From: Giardia intestinalis
Lineage: Eukaryota
Assembly (NCBI GenBank): GCA_000002435.2
Contig: CM018792.1
Length of the DNA stretch: 64,000 nt
Strand: one strand, 5' to 3'
A program made the position numbers and the translations under genes. Every line of letters begins with the position of its first letter. Within the stretch, counting starts at the first letter, position 1. The notes beneath the pieces were generated by a model. That model was not told the origin of the DNA, ran no database searches, and saw nothing but the letters and a program-made list of their open reading frames with translations. Below are positions 57,062 to 64,000 of the stretch, piece after piece.

Positions 57062-60000
57062 ATGGATCCACAAAGGGCAGACCCGAAAAGTGTCAAATTG
57101 GACAGGGTCAAGCTAGTTGAGGCCGTAGTTGCGTATAGACGTTGGTTCGTGGATGCGCGTGGCAAGCCCAACCCGTCGTTCACTAAGGCACACAGTAACT
57201 TTGATATACTTTACGAGCAAATATCTGCCATTGTTGCTAAGACAGAGGCAAAGAACATGAGCTACGGCGAGACAGTTGAAAACTTTCTTGTCCTTTTGAG
57301 CTCAAATCTTTTTACTTATGCAAACAAGTTCTTCTTCACCGAAGGAGGTGGGCACAACTTCTTTGCGTCTACAGAGCACACAGCGATTGCAAAACAGATC
57401 TGGTGGGTTATCAAAGAGATACACATCTATCTCATCGACGGCGCTCTGCACCCCGTGTTAGGCGCTGGGGAGGAGTCCATCCAGGTAGGCTCAACAACCA
57501 TAACATCCACTATTACTGTGAGCGACCACCGTGCAGTGCGGATTCCTAACGGTGCTAAGTCCAAATACTACGAAGAGATACAGGCCATAAATGTCTTCAT
57601 TGATATGTTTGCGCGAAACGCAAATGCTCTACACCTTAGTAAGACAGACATGATGCAGCTCTGCCGAACGGCCTTCAGTATATGCATTGATACACCAGCG
57701 TTGTCTCTGGAGCTGCCATCATCCATTAGTTCGATGCTCATTGACTTGTCGTGTGGTGAGATAGATGCCATAGAGCTTCTCAATGCTATCTTTGACCGAT
57801 TCAAGGAATATGACATTGAGATCTCGCGTGTCTTCACCATGCTGCTCCTCTTTGTGAAGAACCAGATCAATCTCTGTTTCTTTGACGAGGAGTACGATAT
57901 GCGAGTGTGCACTTCATCAGAGAGCTCCGAGTCTAGCTACAAGCGCGGGCTTTTAAAGATGCTGAAGCGCATTCACCCTTTAGTTATTAATCTAAGATCT
58001 GCATACCCTCCGAAGTATATTGACTCGGAACTTATAGACGTCATTCTCCGCACATTCTTGGTGCACCTAATATCAATCAGTATAACTGACTCAACGCTTT
58101 ACATATACTTAAATACCTTGGCCCATAGCATAAGGTATTGCCGCAATAGCTATAGCTCCGCCGCAAATCAAATTCTTGTTTATCTTATTGTTGGATGTGA
58201 AAAGTCAAAGCTTACGAGCCCCGTTTCCAAGCGTCCCTCGTTGGCAGAAGTAACAAGCCGGATGGATCAACTGACCTCCAGTCTTAAGAAGAATGCGCCG
58301 CGCACTAGTGTAAGCTCAGCCACTCAGTCCATTGATGTGTCTCTTAAGCCCCCAGAGTTCTTAAAAATAGAGAGCTCCTTGGCCATGCAGGAAAAGCCTA
58401 CGCTGTCCTCTAAAAACGTCGCTGCATCTACACCTATTGAGTGGCATACGAAGTCAAACAGTCATTTCACCCGCTCGCCTCTGACAATGAATGATTCTCC
58501 CTCGGCTGTCTTAGAGGACAGCCTGAAAGTGATGGAGATGCCGTCCCCACTATTGTGCAACAATCAGGAGAAGGTAGCACCCATCACAACACAGCCGTCT
58601 GCCGTTCTCTCTAAGCAGATGTCTCCCCCCAGGGTTGTTCCTAAGCCCCCCTCTAAGAAGTACAACGTCAGTATCACAAATGACTCATACAATTACACTC
58701 CCATTTGGAAATATAGCGGATTTATTTTGCACCAGATGGATGCTCTAACCAATCGAGACCAGCCCTTGGATAACTTCATCTATGCAATAAGTAAGGTCGA
58801 CGGATCCCTTGTCCCTATTCTGAATTTCGTGGCTGAAACAGAGCATTATCATTACCAGATGTATTTACCAAACCTTCTTAAGTACATTATATCATTAGAT
58901 CATACGTATTTTTCGTGTCCTGGACACCTTAGTAACGCATACAAGCTGGTATCTGCGTGCATGCACATCTTACAATCTCTACTGGACATAGGATTTGCAA
59001 TGACGATAACTGAACTAGAACAGTCGGTGAAGACGATGATCTCACCCGTTAACAACGTCAGCTGCAATGTGTTACAAGGCTACTCTAGTCCTCTCCCCAT
59101 GCTCAGGAGGAACAATAGATGCTACATGAAAACGATCAGCGACGTCAAGGAGCTGACTGCCAATACGCCCGCAGACACAGCCAAGATGGACATTTACGTC
59201 GAGATAGGGAGAAAATCTATATCAAACACCATCAAGCGGAGTCATCTTTCTGTAACGTTCCCACCAGATATGAGCACACACGTTGCAGGGCTCTTCTCTT
59301 CAGACAGGACACTTAAATCTGCCAGCAGTACGACTCTTTCGGGACTCTGCACAGGGTACAACTCCCCCAAAATAAGCTCGCCAATTCCTCAGCAAGCAAG
59401 AGAGCGGAACCCCATGCTGTTCGCGCAAGAACAGACCCACTCATTCATACTGGATGGAACGGGGACCTTCAAAACAGATGACCTCCCGAGCTCCGTCATC
59501 AATAGCAAAGAGTACCATTTCCAATTTGTGTACATGCATAGTCCTCTGCTATATTTTGCACTGGAGGCATATAGCCATCTCGTAAGAATATCAAATTATA
59601 TCCTCTCCTTCTCTACAGACTCCCTTGAGGAAACGCTTATAAGTAGAGATGCTCGTAACAAGAAGACCTCAGAAATCCTCTTTTGGATACCTCTGCAATA
59701 TATAGAGGATGTGGATCCGTGGCCCAAGTACGGTGCTAAGCTTCCTCTGTCGCTCTCCCTGTTCCGGCTCAGATCTTTCGTTATCAATTTCCGTACAAAG
59801 CAGGTGAACATTGAGCAGACCCTCGACAAAAAGAAGAAGACCAAGAAGCGTAAGATGGACCTGCTCTCCCGAGCTCTACCTGGCAACAGGTTCACCCAAA
59901 GTGCCATCGAACGTAGCCTGAATAACAGTGCCATCGAACAGATGCAGCACTCTAACATCAGTATCGATGATATGATCAGCGGACTGGGCGACGAAGATCT

Positions 60001-60481
60001 TCTGGAAAAGATTCCTTTCTTTGGTGGAAAGGCATCCTCCCAGCCAGATGTCCTGGGGTCCCTATTGAGCATGATTCGGATTGGAACAGGGGTCCTAGAA
60101 AACCTTGTGCTTCTCGATTCCACATATGCAGATTTCAGATATAACATGACCATGGGCGACCTTGCCCTGGAAAATTGGCCATTTCCAATAGGAAAGATTA
60201 GCTGTCACTTTTCACTACACACAGATGGGCAAACCTTGGAAGTTGACCATCCAGTATACATAAATGCGTCCCATACGTGGGATTATTTGTATGGATTGAC
60301 AAGAACCATTGTTCTACGTATGGACAGAGACATTGTATTCAAGCGTACACTGAACTTTGGCAATTTTGTCCTCCTCTCACAGACAAAAGGCGACGAAGCT
60401 GCCCTTCAGGAGGCGCTAGAGCAGATAACGGAGCGGCACTCCAGGATTCTCTGCTATCTCCTAGGTCGGAAGGTACAATAG
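57062..60481 (+). CDS. Hypothetical protein, 1139 aa, with a basic KKKKTKKRK patch.
   Basis: A 3.4-kb ATG-initiated ORF with no recognisable catalytic motifs and a Ser/Pro-rich low-complexity middle. The stop TAG is at 60479-60481. Confidence 0.7.
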   Translation: MDPQRADPKSVKLDRVKLVEAVVAYRRWFVDARGKPNPSFTKAHSNFDILYEQISAIVAKTEAKNMSYGETVENFLVLLSSNLFTYANKFFFTEGGGHNFFASTEHTAIAKQIWWVIKEIHIYLIDGALHPVLGAGEESIQVGSTTITSTITVSDHRAVRIPNGAKSKYYEEIQAINVFIDMFARNANALHLSKTDMMQLCRTAFSICIDTPALSLELPSSISSMLIDLSCGEIDAIELLNAIFDRFKEYDIEISRVFTMLLLFVKNQINLCFFDEEYDMRVCTSSESSESSYKRGLLKMLKRIHPLVINLRSAYPPKYIDSELIDVILRTFLVHLISISITDSTLYIYLNTLAHSIRYCRNSYSSAANQILVYLIVGCEKSKLTSPVSKRPSLAEVTSRMDQLTSSLKKNAPRTSVSSATQSIDVSLKPPEFLKIESSLAMQEKPTLSSKNVAASTPIEWHTKSNSHFTRSPLTMNDSPSAVLEDSLKVMEMPSPLLCNNQEKVAPITTQPSAVLSKQMSPPRVVPKPPSKKYNVSITNDSYNYTPIWKYSGFILHQMDALTNRDQPLDNFIYAISKVDGSLVPILNFVAETEHYHYQMYLPNLLKYIISLDHTYFSCPGHLSNAYKLVSACMHILQSLLDIGFAMTITELEQSVKTMISPVNNVSCNVLQGYSSPLPMLRRNNRCYMKTISDVKELTANTPADTAKMDIYVEIGRKSISNTIKRSHLSVTFPPDMSTHVAGLFSSDRTLKSASSTTLSGLCTGYNSPKISSPIPQQARERNPMLFAQEQTHSFILDGTGTFKTDDLPSSVINSKEYHFQFVYMHSPLLYFALEAYSHLVRISNYILSFSTDSLEETLISRDARNKKTSEILFWIPLQYIEDVDPWPKYGAKLPLSLSLFRLRSFVINFRTKQVNIEQTLDKKKKTKKRKMDLLSRALPGNRFTQSAIERSLNNSAIEQMQHSNISIDDMISGLGDEDLLEKIPFFGGKASSQPDVLGSLLSMIRIGTGVLENLVLLDSTYADFRYNMTMGDLALENWPFPIGKISCHFSLHTDGQTLEVDHPVYINASHTWDYLYGLTRTIVLRMDRDIVFKRTLNFGNFVLLSQTKGDEAALQEALEQITERHSRILCYLLGRKVQ

Positions 60482-60614
60482 ATTCTGCAAAGCCTTTTAT
60501 GAGAGGTACACTTTGGAAAGTGTATCTTGCTCTGATTGGGACAGCCTGCAGAACGGTCTCAGAGTAAAGAATGGACCGGATCTTCTTCAATATAATTTAC
60601 ATTGTTCAGGGTTG

Positions 60615-63600
60615 ATGTCTGCGCAGCTCGCGCTAGAGCTACACTCTGCGGGCGTGACTGTGTACATCCAGACGAGTACCAGCAGATCGCTGCTTGTGGA
60701 AGAATTTGCGGATACCCTGTACTTCTTTTGTGACGGTGAAAAGGAGTTCTACTCCCTAACTCCCCCTGCAACAGCCACACCTTGCTATACGTTCACTGGG
60801 ATTGTACGACGCATGCTGGGAATGCAGATTTCAGAGACGTCTCTGCTTGTCTCTCAATGCTTGAGAATAGCCTTTACTTCTGTGCAACTGATCTCAAAGT
60901 ACTTTGACCTTGTAGTCAATGAAACGCTAGGGAAGACTGCACTGCAAACAAAGGATATTACGTCGTGTTGTATACTCGTTCCAGATTCCCTTATTGTGCT
61001 TTTGGCGCAAACCTTCGTGCAGCTCTTTCCAGCAATCCTTTCTCTTGCACCAGTGTACATTCCGCAATCGCATGTGCGTGCACTGCAGTGCACGCTCCGC
61101 GGCGCAGAGGATCACGGGATACCGACGGGATTGCATTTCCAAGCAGCTGTGCATGTATCTTCTGGTCATATGTCTTTGATCGGGCTCGGTACACGGTTCC
61201 TCTCTAAGATAGCAGCCAGCGGGGACACCCAATACAGTATAGTGTCTCAACTCGCTACCTGCATCCACAGTTGCGGCAGATTCGCTGCCAACGTTGTCGA
61301 TCGGATGCGAGTGCTCTGCTACCAGAAGCTTACTGAGATAAGATCTCGCGGGCTGATACTTGAAGACGAAGAGCATACACTGCGAATGAAGGGGGTTGAG
61401 TTCTTGCAGTCTCTCCATCAACTTCTGCTGGATGGTCTTTCTTGTGCGCTGCATGAAGATTTCGGCGATTTCAGAATCGGTCTTCCGGCAGTCCAAACAC
61501 AAAGTGGTCACGTGATATCACTGTTTCTTCCTGCAGATTTTTCTGAGGTCCTTACACTAAGTGCACACGAGTCATACAACTGTACCGAGATAGATGACAC
61601 TTTTCGCGACGAGCCAATGAATGCAGTTGTCAATAATGTAGAAGAGTTACAACTAGAGGACCTCGCACTTTCTGCAGATTACTCAGGTGAGAGGCAGCCT
61701 ATTGGGATGTACACCATGATTATTAGCGGCGATTTCTTCTACAAAATATCCCAAGAGATTACTTATGCATGCAACGATGTTCTCGATTCAATCGTGAATC
61801 CTCTTGTAGATATCCTCTCTGCCCATGCTAGCACTGGTGTAAAGCACTTACCTCCGTCTATTGCTTTATATCAATCACCCCATGATGCCGATATATTATT
61901 CGATCTCATTGGCGACCTTCTCAAGCAAAGATATCAAGGTTCGGAGCGTTCAATCTCTTTATGCATCGAGCAGCTACCACTGAGAGATTGTATTCCTCTG
62001 TTCCTTAACAATATTTCTGTTTTCAGGAGCTACGTGATACCACACTATGCGCTGAATGTTAGTGTCTCCTACCCTCTGGGCCAACAGGTTATTCATCTTG
62101 TCTATGACGACTCTCCCTCGGATCTGGGTATCATGTCTTGTTCTGACCGAGACCAGTTTATTCAGAATATTGACTTGTTAGAGAGGCACTTCATAGACAA
62201 CTTTCAAACCAATCTATCAATCCTGCGGCCTATTTTCAAGAGCGTTGATATAATTATTGAGCAAGAGGTTGATCTGCGCATTGCAATAACAAACACAGCA
62301 TACTCTCCGTTTCCACAAGAAGATACGCTCCACGGATTGGTACTTCGAAGGCCTTTAGTTTTCAGCCAGTCCGCTATTTGCTTGCAAGCACTACACATCA
62401 TTCTCGAGCCGACGCTCGGGCTGGGTCTTCTAGGTGTTAGTAGAGCACGAGACTATCTCGATACATGTGAGGCTGTAGTAAGGCTGTGCGGTATGTCCCA
62501 GGACATTAACAACGGAGTTCCTCAGGAGAAGGTTATCGAATGGGATGCCATGAAGGATCTCGTGCTTTCGTCTTGCAACAGTAAGTTCCCAGGATGCAAT
62601 CTTCTCAGTCGCTCGAGGCTACTCAGAATAGATTTGGGCACACCAGCCCACGTGCCTCACAAGCTGCCGGAGCCAACGTGCAGAGTGCTTTTAGATCTGG
62701 CTAGGCGATACGCAGGAAGCCCTGTTCCATGGTATATTGATCTAATTATTAACAGAACACATGCTGTTCTCTCTCTTCACTACTTTTTGGAAAAGATCCA
62801 CCTCCTTCTTACGGGAGAAATGCACAACCGCTTTATAACTAGAAATGAAAGCATTGATGGGTTGTTTAGAACGGGAAAGGTCTATTATGGGTTATATAGA
62901 AACAGGTTGCACAGCATCTTTCTATTCGATGTTGAATGCCTTTTTGGCCGAGAAGAAGCTGCACTAGATCATCAAGGTCCGCTAGGGGGATCCAGGTCTG
63001 ACCTTCCATCAACTATTAATCCTGCGTACATCACCCTTATGGAGGCTTCTCTCAACCTGCATATAGGGTGCACTTCAGAGCATATCATACGGGTTGTGGA
63101 CATTTTATACGATAACGAGCAAGAGATGCACTCAAAATATGCTGCAGTAATAACCGAGCTTCTGTTCCCACCAAATCTGTCCCCGCTTCCCCTGTTTGAG
63201 GGGTCTCCCAGGGATATTTGGGCATTCTTCCAAAATATTAAAATCATAGGGGATTTACGTCACTTTATTGAAAGAGCAGGAGACCACGGATTCCTTAACC
63301 ATAGACATCTATATTACAATAGCAGAGGAGTGCTGTGCACGATGGTGAGACCCCGCTGCTTCCGAGATCAGGATTTCCTGAGCCTTCCGAGGCTGTTTGC
63401 TGCGTTTAAAACTGTTGAAAATTACATCACATATCTTTCTAGCTCTGTAGAAGCAGGTCCAGGCCCATTGAGCGACTGGTGTTTCCTGTACAACATGGCT
63501 TCGTCCCTCCTGCCCATAAATTTCAAGACAAACGAGTTTAATGATGCTCTATTGCTCTATAAAAAAATGTATGATTTAAAGGGCATCACTTCCATCACAA

Positions 63601-63908
63601 AAATATCGCTGATAGACTGTGTGATGTATCATATAATGAGGCTGCTTCAAACCCTTAGTCAGGCCCCATCCACCCGAGACTCCCTTTGCCCGTGGCACGT
63701 TGATTGCTTAGCTTCTGATGTCATGCACTCGAATGATAGACTTTTGGCATTCACGTTTATCGCTAAAGATACAATTTCAGATAAGGCTATGCGGCACCAC
63801 TCTGCTGTGATAGCTCTCAAGACTTTGCCCGTATCCATTAGCAGCTTGGGGGATATTTCCATGATTATTCGCGCGTCGTTTGTATATGGGCTAAGCAAAG
63901 AAGTCTAA
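60615..63908 (+). CDS. Hypothetical protein, ~1,097 aa.
   Basis: The ORF is open from 60513, which is TTG. The first ATG is at 60615 (MSAQLALELHSAGVTVYIQ...). It is in a different frame from the upstream tandem gene. No recognisable domain. Confidence 0.65.
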   Translation: MSAQLALELHSAGVTVYIQTSTSRSLLVEEFADTLYFFCDGEKEFYSLTPPATATPCYTFTGIVRRMLGMQISETSLLVSQCLRIAFTSVQLISKYFDLVVNETLGKTALQTKDITSCCILVPDSLIVLLAQTFVQLFPAILSLAPVYIPQSHVRALQCTLRGAEDHGIPTGLHFQAAVHVSSGHMSLIGLGTRFLSKIAASGDTQYSIVSQLATCIHSCGRFAANVVDRMRVLCYQKLTEIRSRGLILEDEEHTLRMKGVEFLQSLHQLLLDGLSCALHEDFGDFRIGLPAVQTQSGHVISLFLPADFSEVLTLSAHESYNCTEIDDTFRDEPMNAVVNNVEELQLEDLALSADYSGERQPIGMYTMIISGDFFYKISQEITYACNDVLDSIVNPLVDILSAHASTGVKHLPPSIALYQSPHDADILFDLIGDLLKQRYQGSERSISLCIEQLPLRDCIPLFLNNISVFRSYVIPHYALNVSVSYPLGQQVIHLVYDDSPSDLGIMSCSDRDQFIQNIDLLERHFIDNFQTNLSILRPIFKSVDIIIEQEVDLRIAITNTAYSPFPQEDTLHGLVLRRPLVFSQSAICLQALHIILEPTLGLGLLGVSRARDYLDTCEAVVRLCGMSQDINNGVPQEKVIEWDAMKDLVLSSCNSKFPGCNLLSRSRLLRIDLGTPAHVPHKLPEPTCRVLLDLARRYAGSPVPWYIDLIINRTHAVLSLHYFLEKIHLLLTGEMHNRFITRNESIDGLFRTGKVYYGLYRNRLHSIFLFDVECLFGREEAALDHQGPLGGSRSDLPSTINPAYITLMEASLNLHIGCTSEHIIRVVDILYDNEQEMHSKYAAVITELLFPPNLSPLPLFEGSPRDIWAFFQNIKIIGDLRHFIERAGDHGFLNHRHLYYNSRGVLCTMVRPRCFRDQDFLSLPRLFAAFKTVENYITYLSSSVEAGPGPLSDWCFLYNMASSLLPINFKTNEFNDALLLYKKMYDLKGITSITKISLIDCVMYHIMRLLQTLSQAPSTRDSLCPWHVDCLASDVMHSNDRLLAFTFIAKDTISDKAMRHHSAVIALKTLPVSISSLGDISMIIRASFVYGLSKEV

Positions 63909-64000
63909 GTCTCTTGTCTGACCTCCTACATCAATACTCGTGTTTTAAAGCGCGACGACCCCTTGGATGACTCCATCGGAACAGGACATTTTAGATCCAG

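Noticed and set aside
260-63898. Dozens of 60-200-aa ORFs nested inside or antisense to the large genes (for example 260-541 -, 8237-8452 +, 32553-33107 -, 59596-60153 -)
   Set aside because: They lie within much longer, clearly coding frames with recognisable homology or consistent composition. They are expected by chance in long stop-free regions.
1-64000. Prokaryotic-style features (operons, Shine-Dalgarno sites, CRISPR arrays, defence islands, rho-independent terminators)
   Set aside because: The ORF sizes (up to 6,974 aa), the VSP/HCMP genes, and the eukaryotic housekeeping set (eIF4E, Rad6, exosome, RTEL1-like helicase) identify a eukaryotic (Giardia) chromosome. No direct-repeat/spacer arrays are present.
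1-64000. tRNA and rRNA genes, and spliceosomal introns
   Set aside because: I found no GTTCGAATC-type T-arm or cloverleaf candidates and no rRNA-like blocks. I also found no instance of the Giardia intron 3' consensus (…CTRACACACAG). The nearest, ctaggcacacag at ~22308, does not fit and is not in a gene.

Overview
This window reads as a nuclear chromosome segment from a diplomonad of the genus Giardia. It is dense with uninterrupted, intronless ORFs up to 20.9 kb long. One cysteine-rich surface protein ends in the invariant Giardia VSP tail ...CRGKA and is followed by the VSP-specific extended polyadenylation motif. A second, much larger Cys-rich protein ends in a VSP-like transmembrane anchor (…FLCWWFICRSKS…), which marks it as a high-cysteine membrane protein (HCMP). 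Nothing prokaryotic is present: no operons, CRISPR arrays, tRNA or rRNA genes were seen.

Genes called, in order:
- a ~2,300-aa protein with three acidic repeats and a C-terminal bacterial-type histidine-kinase ATPase (HATPase_c) domain
- a small multi-TM ORF
- an Mtr4/Ski2-family DExH RNA helicase (minus strand)
- an eIF4E-like cap-binding protein
- a 539-aa hypothetical protein (minus strand)
- a ~1,010-aa alpha-helical hypothetical protein
- a possible 76-aa ORF
- an exosome RNase-PH-like subunit (minus strand)
- a Rad3/XPD-family FeS helicase that is RTEL1/FANCJ-like at its N-terminus
- the VSP
- pyruvate kinase (minus strand)
- short-form tRNase Z
- the 1,806-aa HCMP
- a 6,974-aa giant hypothetical protein (minus strand)
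- a Rad6/UBE2A-type E2
- three further hypothetical proteins of 252, 1,139 and ~1,100 aa

Several divergent gene pairs share AT-rich bidirectional promoters only tens of bp long, or have overlapping start codons. Several ORF-track starts are TTG/GTG artefacts, which I moved to the first ATG.

Most worth a second look:
- the HATPase_c domain with no canonical H-box, in a eukaryote thought to lack two-component signalling
- an unusually long (~2 kb), partly very GC-rich, apparently non-coding spacer upstream of the VSP
- the 20.9-kb single-exon gene with a lone Walker-A-like motif, sharing a zero-length promoter with Rad6
- conserved 'MDxAFGL' acidic tandem repeats in the first gene
- non-canonical GTAAAY polyadenylation-like motifs at several 3' ends
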